The notes under the pieces: model-generated
The model's database searches: none
What the model saw: only the letters and a program-made list of their open reading frames with translations
Told to the model about the DNA's origin: nothing
Shown: positions 14,546-27,730 of the stretch, piece by piece
Position numbering within the stretch: position 1 is the first letter of the stretch
Layout of the letters: every line of letters begins with the position of its first letter
Made by a program: the position numbers and the translations under genes
Source of the DNA: Macrostomum lignano
Lineage: Eukaryota
Reading direction: 5' to 3'
Length of the DNA stretch: 64,000 bases
Assembly: GCA_002269645.1 (NCBI GenBank)
Contig: NIVC01000494.1
Coordinates: forward strand, 186,001-250,000

Positions 14546-15109
14546 TCAAATATCAAAGTTGCTTCGGTTTGACTTCTTATTATAAAAGCATCCGCCATCT
14601 TGCTGGTTGATCAGGAAACTGTAAAGAAAATCTGCAGCACAGCAGAAGTTGAAGCAGCGGATATTGTTGGCTGGAATGCTCAAGTTTGAGCAGCTGTACT
14701 GCTTCATCTTGACTCTGAACTGCTTCAGGAAATGCTTCCTAGTCAGGATTAACAAAGCCAAGTCCGATAGGATTTCGAGGATTTTTTTCTGGGAAAGCAC
14801 AGCTGGGGGAAGTCGGATCTGTGCTTTCCGTTAGTAAAATCCCCCGCCCCGACGCATGCAAAGCCTTGTGGAAAACTTACTCTGTCGAGTATTCCATAGA
14901 TGAAATCCCGACTTTGGCTAAAAAAAGTTGAGCAGTTGTGAGACACTCACGTTTCCACTGGCACCGCGCCAGCCATGTCCGGTGGAGAAAGCATAGAAAT
15001 GATTTGTTTAATGTCAGATAAACTTGATGGATGGATTTCAGTCGTTTTATCGCACTTGAGTCTGGGCCAGGGTGAAACATTTGCCAGACTTTCAATTTTC
15101 AGCATCGAT
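14546..15109 (-). CDS. Three in-phase candidate exons (15109-14951, 14917-14881, 14788 to about 14546) of the same unresolved gene
   Basis: Donors GTGAGT (14950) and GTAAGT (14880) with acceptors TTTTTAG and TTCCCAG join to ...IKQIISMLSPPDMAGAVPVETQSRDFIYGILDRKKILEILSDLALLILTRKHFLKQFRVKMKQY..., which has GC3-rich codons. The 3-prime boundary of the last exon is uncertain. Confidence 0.45.
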
Positions 15110-15319
15110 CTGTAGTGCTGAGACAATGTTCGAATTTCTATCATTGGTCAGGCCGGGACAGGCTCTTCTTTCTTTTTTGCCCCCCCCCCACCCTCAAAAG
15201 AATTTTGCTGTACTTCTCAGATAATTCTGCGCTTCAATACTTACTGATCTGAGTAGTGAATTGAAGATAAATCATCGTTTCTTTGTGGTAAGCTCATAAA
15301 ATTCAATTTGACAGTTACC

Positions 15320-15500
15320 TACCAGTTCTCTATCTCTGTGGCTATCCCTATCTCTATGGCTTTCCTTATCTCTGTGGCTTTCCGTATCTCTATAGCTTTC
15401 CATATCTCTATGGCTATCCCTATCTGTATGGCTTTCCTTATCTCTATGGCTTTCCTTATCTCTGTGGCTATCCTTATCTCTGTGGCTATCCCTATCTCTA
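15320..15500. repeat. 18-bp minisatellite (TATCTCTRTGGCTWTCCY)n
   Basis: About 10 tandem units. Confidence 0.9.
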
Positions 15501-16002
15501 ATCTGAAAACAGTACGCTAATATGAATTGGAATAAACTTTTTCAAAGTAAAATATATAACTGTTCAGAAGTCCTAGAAGAATGTGCCAGAACCAATCTAA
15601 ACTGACAGTTCAGAGAGAAATCAGATTAGACTTCAACATTCAAGGTGAAACTCAACAACCATGCATGTCTGTACATGCAAATCTTCTTGTACCTCTGTTG
15701 TTACTGAGGCATATACACAGACAGGCAGACAGACAGACAGGCAGGTATGACAGGTGGAACAGAACAAGACTTGATGGGCAGTTCGTATGATGCATTGCTG
15801 CAGGAAGCTGGGAGATAATATGCATCGTTTGACAGTGTGGCTTCCAACTATGTTTGACAGAAAAATTGCATTATCCGATACTGTCTGCCCAGCAAACCGA
15901 AAATACCTGGTATGTTAACAAAATCCAGGGGCTTTAAGTGGAAAGTTTGGGGTAGACATAAAAGATTTTGGGATTGGCAATGATGAAGTTGATGAGGTAG
16001 AG

Positions 16003-17282
16003 ATGAGAGTCTGGGGTAGGGAATGCAGACAGAGATGAGAAAGTCTGGGGTAGGAAATGCAGACAGAGATGAGAGTCTGGGGTAGGGAATGCAGACAGAG
16101 ATGAGAGAGTCTGGGGTAGGAAATGCAGATAGAGATGAGAGTCTGGGGTAGAGAATGCAGACAGAGATGAGAGTCTGGGGTAGGGAATGCAAACAGAGAT
16201 GAGAGAGTCTAGGGTAGAGAATGCAGACAGAGATGAGTCTGGGGTAGGGAATGCAGATAGAGATGAGAGTCTGGGGTAGAGAATGCAGACAGAGATGAGA
16301 GAGTCTGGGGTAGGGAATGCAAACAGAGATGAGAGAGTCTGGGGTAGGGAATGCAGATAGAGATGAGAGTCTGGGGTAGAGAATGCAGACAGAGATGAGA
16401 GAGTCTGGGGTAGAGAATGCAGACAGAGATGAGAGAGTCTGGGGTAGGGAATCGAGATAGAGATGAGAGTCTGGGGTAGAGAATGCAGACAGAGATGAGA
16501 GAGTCTGGGGCAGGAAATGCAGATAGAGATGAGAGTCTGGGGTAGGGACTGCAGATAGAGATGAGAGAGTCTGGGGCAGGAAATGCAGACAGAGATGAGA
16601 GAGTCTGGGGCAGGGAATGCAGACAGAGATGAGAGAGTCTGGGGCAGGGAATGCAGACAGAGATGAGAGAGTCTGGGGCAGGAAATGCAAACAAAGATGA
16701 GAGAGTCTGGGGCAGGGAATGCAGACAGAGATGAGAGTCTGGGGCAGGGAATGCAGACAGAGATGAGAGAGTCTGGGGCAGGGAATGCAGACAGAGATGA
16801 GAGTCTGGGGCAGGAAATGCAGACAGAGATGAGAGAGTCTGGGGCAGGGAATGCAGACAGAGATGAGAGAGTCTGGGGCAGGAAATGCAGACAGAGATGA
16901 GAGAGTCTGGGGCAGGGAATGCAGACAGAGATGAGAGAGTCTGGGGCAGGGAATGCAGACAGAGATGAGAAAGTCTGGGGCAGGGAATGCAGACAGAGAT
17001 GAGAGAGTCTGGGGCAGGAAATGCAGACAGAGATGAGAGAGTCTGGGGCAGGGAATGCAGACAGAGATGAGAGAGTCTGGGGCAGGGAATGCAGACAGAG
17101 ATGAGAGAGTCTGGGGCAGGGAATGCAGACAGAGATGAGAAAGTCTGGGGCAGGGAATGCAGACAGAGATGAGAGAGTCTGGGGCAGGAAATGCAGACAG
17201 AGATGAGAGAGTCTGGGGCAGGGAATGCAGACAGAGATGAGAGAGTCTGGGGCAGGGAATGCAGACAGAGATGAGAGAGTCT
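16003..17282. repeat. 34-36-bp minisatellite (GAGAGTCTGGGGCAGGGAATGCAGACAGAGATGA)n
   Basis: About 36 tandem units. It drives most of the 770-aa ORF 15848-18160. Confidence 0.96.
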
Positions 17283-17821
17283 GACATGGAAGTGAGATAC
17301 GAGCTATCGCACTCTATACACAGAAGCCACACACGCAACAGCAGTTGCTGATAGACAGAATCTCCAATAGAGTTTTGCACCAGAAAGGCGAAAGATAGCA
17401 GAGCCGGCCATGGAGTTTGTCGACTCTTCAGTCTTGCCGTTTTCTTGGAAAGAGGACGACCCGGATGAAGGTGATTGATATTCTCCATATAGCAGTGGTT
17501 ATGCCAGCATCCGAGCACTGGCGGGCAGGAAGATGGCGGGAGCAATGGTTCGAGGGGGGCTCCGGCGGGCTTAGGCCGTAATTCCGTTGGCGGGTTGGCC
17601 CAGTGCAGCAAGAAATTGGAAGGAACCCCAGCCCAGCTGCGGGATGAATGGTTGCCGGGGAAGGGGGGCTGTGTATCTTCGTAGTTCCGGGAGATAAGGA
17701 AAAATGATTTTTGTATCATATTTTTTATCAATTCGAATGCGTTGGATGGGACACTCAGTGTGCAACTGTTGGTAAAATGGTTGAAGTGGAAAAGACAAGG
17801 AAGAGAGTGTCCGTGAGAGTT

Positions 17822-18050
17822 TAGAGTAGAGAAGAGAGTAGAGAGTAGAGAGTAGAGAGTAGAGAGTAGAGAGTAGAGAGTAGAGAGTAGAGAGTAGAGA
17901 GAAGAGAGTAGAGGGAAGAGAGTAGAGAGAAGAGAGTAGAGAGTAGAGAGTAGAGAGTAGAGAGTAGAGAGTAGAGAGTAGAGAGAAGAGAGTAGAGAGA
18001 AGAGAGTGGAGAGAAGAGAGTAGAGAGTAGAGAGTAGAGAGTAGATAAAA
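17822..18050. repeat. (GAGTAGA)n heptamer repeat
   Basis: Tandem 7-bp units with GAGAA variants. Confidence 0.93.
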
Positions 18051-18304
18051 AAGTAGAAGAGATCAGTGGAAGAGAAGGGAACGATTTCAATGAGCCGCAG
18101 GGTTCTAGAAAGCAAACGAAGACCAGCAGCAGTAGCAGCAATTTGGGATGCGGGAGGCACAGGGAGTTGAGCAGCTTAAGAGCAGTATAGGAGGGGTTGT
18201 GCACACAGCGACAGCCCCCTCCCGTGTCCTGAGTAGCGGGCCATGTTTTGCCAGCCAGACCCGAGGGCAGCAGCAGGGGACGCGTGACCAGCAGTCACCC
18301 CTAC

Positions 18305-18376
18305 CGCTCTCGTATCTTCGATTCCGCTCCGCTTCTTTTAAAGGCAATTTCTGATTTTGCCATACCAGTCGGGAAT
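18305..18376 (-). CDS. Candidate second exon of the minus-strand gene
   Basis: Acceptor TTGCAG and donor CG|GTAGGG. The phase-2 join to the polyQ exon gives ...EISDA-FPTGMAKSEIAFKRSGAESKIRE. Confidence 0.35.
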
Positions 18377-18609
18377 CTGCAATCTTCCTCGTATATTGCC
18401 AGCCAACTGGACTGGTTAATTTTGAAAATGCTTAAATGAAGTATTTTTCAGCCCGGAAGCACTAGCAGGCAGCTAACAATATAATCGCGAACGCATGACT
18501 GGATTCCTGGGAGTACAGTGTACTGAAATTAATTTTTTGTTTGAACAAAGCTAAAGTTATAATGATCCTGTGTTGGAAATTGGCCTTTTCCTGGAATGAT
18601 GATGCGGTA

Positions 18610-19378
18610 GAGATGAGAGAAGAAGGGCTGGAGATGAGAGAAGATGGGGTGGAGATGAGAGATAAAAGGTAGAGATACGAGAAGAAGGGCTGGAGATGAG
18701 AGAAGAAGGGCTGGAGATGAGAGAAGAAGGGGTGGAGATGAGAGAAGAAGGGGTGGAGATAAGAGAAGAAGGGGTGGAGAAGAGAGAAGAAGGGGTTGAG
18801 ATGAGAGATAAAGGTAGAGATAAGAGAAGAAGGGCTGGAGATGAGAGAAGAAGGGTTGGAGATGAGAGAAGAAGGGGTGGAGAAGAGAGAAGAAGGGGTG
18901 GAGATTGGAGAAGAAGGGTGGAGATGAGAGATGAAAGGTAGAGATAAGAGAAGAAGGGCTGGAGAAGAGAGAAGAAAGGGTGGAGATGAGAGATGAAGGG
19001 CTGGAGATGAGAGAAGAAGGGGTGGAGATAAAAGAAGAAGGGCTGGAGATAAGAGAAGAAGGGGTGGAGAAGAGAGAAGAAGGGGTTGAGATGAGAGAAG
19101 GGCTGGAGAAGAGAGAAGAAGGGGTGGAGATGAGAGATAAAGGTAGAGATACGAGAAGAAGGGCTGGAGATGAGAGAAGAAGGGCTGGAGATGAGAGAAG
19201 AAGGGCTGGAGATGAGAGAAGAAGGGGTGGAGAAGAGAGAAGAAGGGGTGGAGAAGAGAGAAGAAGGGGTGGAGATTGGAGAAGAAGGGTGGAGATGAGA
19301 GATGAAAGGTAGAGATAAGAGAAGAAGGGTTGGAGAAGAGAGAAGAAAGGGTGGAGATGAGAGATGAAGGAGTGGAGA
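18610..19378. repeat. About 21-bp purine-rich minisatellite (GAGATGAGAGAAGAAGGGSTG)n
   Basis: Tandem units with duplicated sub-blocks. Confidence 0.93.
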
Positions 19379-19479
19379 TGAAAAATGGGGAGATCAGAGG
19401 TAGAGACGCAACCTGTCAAAAGAGACGAAGGTGCAGTGCATCGTCATTCACATGATTTCAAAGTGCATCCATGACTCAC

Positions 19480-19910
19480 GCATCGCTGATCTCCCTGGTG
19501 ACGGTGTCGGTGCCCGTCAGGTCGATCCTGGGCACCGACGGGCGACTCCGCCGCCGTCCCGGATTTCGAATCACCGTCGCAGCTGCAGCCGAAGCAGCCG
19601 CGGCTGCTGACGCGGCCGAAGCTGAGCCGAAGCTGAAGGCCTGGCTCATGCGGCGGCCAACTCGACCCAGAAGGTCGTTCGGCCTCCTGGGAGCCGGGAG
19701 AAGCGGCGGCGCCGGCGGCTGTGGAGACTGACGACCGCTGCTGCTCCAGGAGTTCCAAGAGTCCAGCTGCTGCAGGTACTGATGCTGCTGCTGCTGCTGC
19801 TGTTGTTGTTGTTGTTGTTGCTGCTGCTGCTGCTGTTGAAGAGGCAGAAGCGGCCAGTCAGCAGAGGCAGAGTCGGCCGCGGAGCCGCCGCTGCCACCAT
19901 GTGGAAGCAT
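19480..19910 (-). CDS. Probable first coding exon with polyglutamine and polyalanine tracts
   Basis: ATG at 19910, then a GC-rich open frame MLPHGGSGG...(Q)n...VPRIDLTGTDTVTREISDA ending at a consensus donor GC|GTGAGT (19479). Confidence 0.65.
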
Positions 19911-20579
19911 CGAGTCGAACTACTCAAGCGAGTTGAAGGCAGTTTTGCAGCTAACAAAAATTTACCCGCTCGGCTTCTTAGTAACCGTTACACTTTTTCT
20001 TTGATTACAGGACGAATTTCTCTAATTGGTCCATCGACTTTGTTGTTGTTTCTTCTAGAAGGACCAGCCGAGGAAACTTTTATATCGAATTATTCAGAAT
20101 TCGATTGAGCCGGGAGAATTCGCAGTCCTGAACGCGATACGCGATGGCTTTACGGAAAAAGAATTGGTCAAGAATTGGATTATTCGATGACTGCAAAGCT
20201 TCAAGACTTGCCTACACGGATGCGGAGTCTCAGTGGACTGAACTGAAAAACCGGTCCGGCTCACCCGGTTTATCTGGCTTTTTAAGCTCTAGGAGCCCTG
20301 GGAGCTCCTCTAAGACAATTTGCCAAAGGCCAGGCCCAATTGTAGTGCTTCGGCCCGGGTGCCCAACCCCATAGCCTGTCTCTCTCTCTCGACCGCCCCC
20401 GCTAATTTCAAAATACCTCCTGTAGAAGTTCTGTCTGGAACTGGGAGCGAGTTGCTCCGAGGTCTGAAGAGATTCATCCCTGAGGTTTTGGTGAAGATGG
20501 CGGTTCACGTAGGAGAGGAGAGGGTGTGGATATTGATTTTAATGGTGGAGTAGATGAATAATACTAATGCGAGTGAAAA

Positions 20580-21275
20580 TGAAGCCATGAAAATAGATAA
20601 ATACAGGTGTGAGTATGGATGAATGCCGGTGTGAGAATAGATGTATGCGGGATGAGAGTAGATGAATACCGGTGTGAGAATAGATGAATACCGGTGTGAG
20701 AATAGATGTATGCGGGATGAGAGTAGATGAATACCGGTGTGAGAATAGATGAATACCGGTGTGAGAATAGATGTATGCGGGATGAGAGTAGATGAATACA
20801 GGTGTGAGAATAGATGAATACCGGCATGAGAATAGATGTATGCGGGATGAGAGTAGATTAATAACGGTGTGAGAATCGATTAATAATGAATATGAATATA
20901 TAAACACAGAATTAGAGTAGATGAATGCAGGTTAAGAGAAGATAATAAAATATAAGAATATGGTAATAAAAGGTTGAGAAAATATAAATACACGATGAGA
21001 ATAAATGAATGCAAGGAAGAGAATAGATAAATCCGAGTTGAGAATAGATGAATACCGGATGAGAATAGATGAATAAAGGTTGAGAATAGATAAATAAGGT
21101 ATAGGAATAGATGAATATGGTGTGAGAATAGATGAATACGGTGTGAGAATAGATGAATACGGATGAGAATAGATGAATAAAGGTTGAGAATAGATTAATA
21201 CGGTGTGAGAATTGATAAATACGGATGAGAACAGATTAATAATACAGGTGTGAGAATAGATGAGAACGGGATGAG
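20580..21275. repeat. About 22-bp minisatellite (GATGAATACCGGTGTGAGAATA)n, degenerate
   Basis: Tandem and variant units. Confidence 0.88.
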
Positions 21276-21794
21276 ACTAGATGAGAAAAGATCCATGGGT
21301 TGAGTAAAGAAAGCCGGTGAAGAGAAGAGACAGAGACAAATAGAGGTGAGAATAGATACCAGAGGATATGGTACGATAGGTGCAGAGTAGCCTAGAAAGG
21401 AGACTGATGGTGACATTGTGAAGAGTTGATAAAAGCTGGAATGGAAAATGCAAGTAAAAGCCAGCAAGATCCCCGTGGGCAAACTGAATGGCCCAGCCCG
21501 GAGTCAATATCGAAGCACACTGTAGATGCCAACGAAGGACTCGATAATTAAAACAAAATCCCTCCCGGACTCGGATGCGGCCGCATTCTCATCATACTAA
21601 GCTCATATCCATATTTCTCTCCCGGTTCCTAAATTTCCCCCTTCATTTTCGGACTCTTATCTAAATCTCTGTCCAGTAGATGAATCTGCCGAGTTGCGCA
21701 TAAATTATAGACCTGGAATAGAATTCAAATAAAACTCTGTGCCGATGTACGCTGAGCTGGGGTGCCGAGCTGACTGTCGGGGGGCACTGGGGGG

Positions 21795-22060
21795 GCTGAC
21801 CTCTCGTAGGGTCTTCAGGGTGTATGACCTCTCGTAGGGTCTTCAGGGTGTATGAAATCTCCTAGGGTCTTCAGGGTGTATGACCTCTCGTAGGGTCTTC
21901 AGGGTGTATGACATCTCCTAGGGTCTTCAAGGTATATGACCTCTCCTAGGGTCTTCAGGGGGGATGACCTCCCCTAGGGGTTCAGGGGGGATGACCTCCC
22001 CTAGGGTCTTCAGAGGGGCTGACCTCCCTAGGGTCTTCAGGGGGGTATGACTTCTCCTAG
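21795..22060. repeat. About 28-bp minisatellite (ATGACCTCTCSTAGGGTCTTCAGGGTGT)n
   Basis: About 9 tandem units. Confidence 0.9.
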
Positions 22061-22061
22061 G

Positions 22062-22622
<561 letters not shown>

Positions 22623-23259
22623 ATTTATGTATCAAGAAGCAAGATGACGCATGCAACACCAGCTCCCTATTCAATATCGTTACTTCCCGGTCCCAAAGTT
22701 TACAGAAACAGAGTCGGCCTGATCTGGACGCATAAATAGAACCTTCATGAAACTAGTGTTAAACCTTTTGTATTTTTTTCCAGCTGCATTTGCGCACTTT
22801 CAATTCAACTTCTGCTGCCTGACTGACTTGCCCTGACGGTTGCTGCCCAGAAATTATCAGGAAGATGCGGCAGTCAAGTTCCGCTCGGATGCGGTTGAAT
22901 GCAGCTTCCCGAGCTTTTCCAATTCAAGCCTGCATCAACTGCGCAAAATTTTTCCCGAGATAACTCTCCCCTATTTTTTCCAGCTGTCGAATAACTATAA
23001 TCCCCTTATTGAGATTCCACAGGTGCGAATGACCTTTGAAGATGATTAATTATTTGGATTACTAATTTTATCCGAATAATTTCGACTTTAATCTATTCGT
23101 AATTGCAGATTTACTTAACTAATTTACCTACAAAGCTTTTTAGTCCCCACTTTCGAGTCTTGTAGAATTTCAGGAAATTCAAGGGCCACTTAATTGTCTA
23201 AGAGGTTGTCTGGTGGGATCTTCGAATCTGCTGGAAGATCTAGTTGTTTATATAGGTCG

Positions 23260-23622
23260 TCAAATTGGTTTTGAGGCGGTCAATTTGGTTTTTATAGGTT
23301 GTCAAATCGGTTTTATACGTGGTTGTCAAATTGGTGTTTTGGTTGTCAAAGCATGATTTTGTGGTTGTCAAAGTGGCTTTGTGGTTGTCAAATTGGTGTT
23401 TTGGTTGTCAAAGCATGGTTTTGTTGTTGTCAAATTGGTGTTGTGGTTGTCAAAGGGGTGTTGTTGTCAAATTGGTGTTGTGGTTGTCAAAGGGGTGTTG
23501 TTGTTGTCAAATTGGTGTTGTGGTTGTCAAAGTGGTGTTGTGGTTGTCAAATTGGTGTTTGGTGTTGTGGTTGTCAAATTGGTGTTGTGGTTGTCAAATT
23601 GGTGTTGTGGTTGTCAAAGTGG
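23260..23622. repeat. About 20-bp minisatellite (GGTTGTCAAATTGGTGTTGT)n
   Basis: Degenerate tandem units. Confidence 0.88.
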
Positions 23623-25773
23623 TAATTCAGTCTATCAAACTGATGGCTTTTAGGTATGGCATATCGTAAACAGTATATGTTGTGCCGATTCGGTAGTATT
23701 TGAGTTAGGGTTAGAGCTGTGAGCGAATCTGTTAGAATTGATTTTTGTCACAAGTCCCATTGGGAAAAAAGCTTTTCTGGTAGCTTTCTGGTCGCTATAT
23801 GCTGATCTCTATAGCGATCAAATGCCCCCATATTTTGGTTTGAAATAAACAAACTGCTGCATATGCACACGCGCTGATGACAAGCCACGAAATTTACTGA
23901 TAAGAAAAGATTTATAATCACTTGCTCGTAAAAATGTCAGGTTTGTCACGTCAGGCGCGCCTTCCGTGTCACGGGGTCAGTTGGCCATAAAATATTCAAT
24001 GAGCACACAAATTCTGACGCCACTTCAACTCCAGGCCGGGGGCCCACACAGCTAAAGCCTACAATGCATAGTACATGTACTGTATATTTTTATGTTGTTG
24101 TTACTGTGCTCAACGAGGTGATGAAGCTATCATAGAACTTGCATGCATACACATACATTCTGATAGGTGCATTTTATAGAATATATATGTGCATAGCGCC
24201 CCGGTTGCTGGCACTCCTGGTACGAGAGGGTGTAGCAGAAATAGATCAGGTCCAGTAGCGCGTAAAAATTCTCGCATAAGCACGTACCTGTATCAGTATC
24301 ACGTATCATTTTGAAATGTATATTAACGCGTATATATATATATATATATATATATTATAAACTGTTACCTGTACGTACATTTAAATGTAGATGTATCATG
24401 TTAAATAATATACACTGTATAAATAGGCATGCATGTTCAGTGTACATGTGCATGCACATGTGTATGCAGAGTAAGGCGCAACACGGACTGAGCTGCTAAA
24501 TGAAGAAAATATGGCAAAAAGTCACTGAAATGGGGATATGTACAAATTTATATGCCCCATACCCCGTTTTTCGAACTACTGGAACCTACTTTGCTAATTT
24601 AAAAAGAAAACTGCGTTAAGGATGTAGCGGTTTAAACAAATTGTAATTGTTTTGCATTTGTCGATCATGCAATATACAGTTTAAATAGACTATCAAAAAA
24701 ATAAAACGGCATAATTTTTTGTCAATTGGAATGTAGGTAACTTTATTAGCTACATAATAATGTCATTCGCTTTGTACATATTTAATCTTGATTACATTCC
24801 AGATTTAAACACAATATTACATTTTTAATTGTACTGAAAGCATTGATAATCCAGCCCCAGGACTAGTAGCGTTCGGTAGCGATATTTATATATCATCATG
24901 ACTTTGTATTTAATAGTTTCAGAATTACTTCTTCTATGGATATGTACTGGCCATATTTTTTAACAAGGACAACTTCAGGACAACAATGTTGAGTGTTGCG
25001 TCCTTCGACTTAGTTGTCCTTGTTTTTGATTTTTTATTCCATTCTGTTTACAGTATGAAACGCGACAAACATATTTATGCATTATGACAGTAAATATTAT
25101 GCGCATGCTGTACTTTGCCTTTTCTTTTTTATTAAATTTTAATCTTAATTCTGCTTATATTATAATATTACATTAATTTTATGTTTTCATAAACATTAAA
25201 GTGGCCAAGTCGGATTGTGATTTATTTTACAACTAATTGATAGCTAATAGTAGTCTTCTAAAACTACGCAGTTATTATAAATAGCATCTTTCTAAACATA
25301 AAACAACGAATTAAGACACCTAAAAATTTTACACCTAACAGAAGGACTTTCAATCATAATTTATTCCGAGAGTATTATATCGAAGCTTTATTAATTTATG
25401 TTTTAATGTCTTCTTGTCAATGCTCAGCAGCTCAGTTATATTGAAAATATCTGATAATGGGCAGAATCGAATATTCTTAAAGTCACTAGCATTTGAATCA
25501 TGTTTTTCCTAAATTATATTTTGTTCCATTTAACTTTTATGCTTTGTAAATTGTCCATTTAAGGTTTATCTAATGCCAATTTATTTAGAAATATGATATT
25601 TAACTAAATTAAAGTCAACATTTTCAAAAAATCTTCAAGAACATTTTCACAAAGTAAATGTTGATTCAAAGATAAATGTATATGCAACTACAATTTGTGC
25701 CTTAAGTAAGTTCATTTAATTTTATGGAACAGCAATAGTGTATGAATGACAAGCTAAAAACTTTAAACTTCAG

Positions 25774-25987
25774 CCGCTCCAGGCAGAGGTGCGCTGGAGC
25801 CACCAATCGCGATTAGCCTGACGGCCCAGACGCCGCAGTCCTTCATCCACCAGGAATTCAGCAGCAGCAGCAGCAGCGGCAGCGGCAGACGCAGTCAAAA
25901 TCAACAGAAAAGCAAAAAAATTCCGTCAGGAAATGCGCCTGCTGACTTTGGTCAGCTTGAAGGATGGAAAAAGCGACAAGGAAAGCG
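25774..25987 (+). CDS. Candidate exon, possibly an upstream exon of the FAM149 gene
   Basis: Acceptor CTTCAG, GC3-rich frame APGRGALEPPIAISLTAQTPQSFIHQEFSSSSSSGSGRRSQNQQ..., donor CG|GTGCGT. Its phase 2 is compatible with the exon at 27731. Confidence 0.4.
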
Positions 25988-26079
25988 GTGCGTTTTGATA
26001 TTAACCTATTTTCATACTAATACTTGAATAACAGAATCGGAGAGACATAATCGGAGACTGTTACACAGAATTGCACAGG

Positions 26080-26230
26080 CGGAGGGTGTTGTTGTGGTTA
26101 GGTTGTTGATGTCAGAGCGTCCGGCTTACGACTGAAGGGTCGTGGGTTCGATTTGTGTCTTTGAGCAAGTCACCTAACTCTGCATTGCTTCAGTTAGCTG
26201 CGGCTGAGCTGTCGGTTGCACATCTGCCCA
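26080..26230 (+). mobile_element. Internally deleted tRNA-derived CORE-type SINE
   Basis: B-box GGGTTCGAT and CORE-like GTGTCTTTGAGCAAGTCACCTAAC. It matches the fuller copy at 47250-47565. Confidence 0.75.
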
Positions 26231-26769
26231 TTCGGACAGGTTTAATAAATTATAAATTAATATTATTAATATTACACGGAAGCTAATAACTTTTAAACTC
26301 TGAACTTGTTAGCTTTTGCAATAATATGAACTAACAACTGCATAGGCAGAACTCAGAAGCTGTTACATAGAACTTTGACAACTGTTAACCACAGCGGTTT
26401 TTCATAGTCAAACAGCACATCATCAGGTATGCAGCTAATTACAATACACTATCTGCAGCCGTTTGCTTTGTGTTGCTTTTTTAGCCGCGTCTCTACGCAA
26501 TTATCGATTTCTGACAGACAATTTCTATGTTAAGCTGCAACTCCCCTTCTTTCTGTCAATCATCAGCCAACTCCCAACAATCCTCTGGCGAGGGCTGAGA
26601 CAATTTGGCATTGCAGCCACTACAACTTTCAGCTCTGCGATTCCCTCCTAATTGACTTTAGGCGGCCACACTGTGGCTAAATCCCAAGCCTTAACTACAG
26701 TGAAATCAAATGAAAATTTTATGTACTTTTCCTTGTTTTTAGATAGACACGTGTAGATAATAGACAGAA

Positions 26770-26957
<188 letters not shown>

Positions 26958-27293
26958 AGATGATCCATGCGATCACCTCTGTTGTCCTCAATCCCCTCCC
27001 AGTTTCTCCATACCCGTAGACGGTAGAAAGGTACAAGTACAAGATTCTGGAGGTGTGAAAGCGAATTGCTTTCTCCAACTACGACGATGACGCACGGGAG
27101 GCTGAACACAGCAGATAGGGGGTCAATAGTCAGTGGTAATTTTCCGCTCTATTATTACAAGCGCTTTTCATTCTGGCATAGGGCAGGCGTTGGGGCTGCC
27201 TATTTTTACAGCGTGCGCACCTGCTTCCCAATCTGTCACTCTGTGGCCACCACAAGCCCTCCTCTCTCCTCTCTAGCCCCGGTTGCGGACCTA

Positions 27294-27308
27294 GTTGCCC
27301 CTAGCAAC
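27294..27308. promoter_or_regulatory. RFX X-box-like motif GTTGCCCCTAGCAAC
   Basis: Fits GTNRCC-N(0-3)-RGYAAC and lies about 420 bp upstream of the first securely identified FAM149 exon. Confidence 0.5.
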
Positions 27309-27730
27309 CAAAAACAGTTCTCCCCATACCTAGCCTCTGCGTTACCGTTGTTGGGTGAAGCAGGTTTGAGTAGCAAGCTTAGCTAGCCTAGTGTATTTTT
27401 TCGGGCCCGGGGGAGAACAGAGTGATTTGAGGTGGGGTTGCGGGGGCTGGGGTTAGAGGGAACGGGGATGAGAGAAGAGTACTCACAAATGCTGCCTCCC
27501 TCGGCTGCTGCTCTGACAGGGCAGGGGGGGGGGTTCCGAAAACCGAGCGTCGCTCCCCCAACCCCACCTGCAGAAGCTGCTCCCCTGCCCACCCCTTAGT
27601 TCACCTTGCCGACCAGCAAAATACATTCGAGCGGCTTTAACACCTGCATAACTCGCTGGCAGGCGATTTACTGCTGATTATTGCCTTCATATTCTCGTTT
27701 GATTCCGTTTCATCTGCCGCTCGGCTGCAG

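Noticed and set aside
23703-23714. TTAGGGTTAG telomere-like motif
   Set aside because: Fewer than two units, so it is expected by chance.
25790-25930. Minus-strand reading resembling a signal peptide plus amidated neuropeptide (NFFAFLLILTASAAAA...RR...SAWSG*)
   Set aside because: There is no in-frame ATG, and the plus-strand frame has better codon bias and splice sites.
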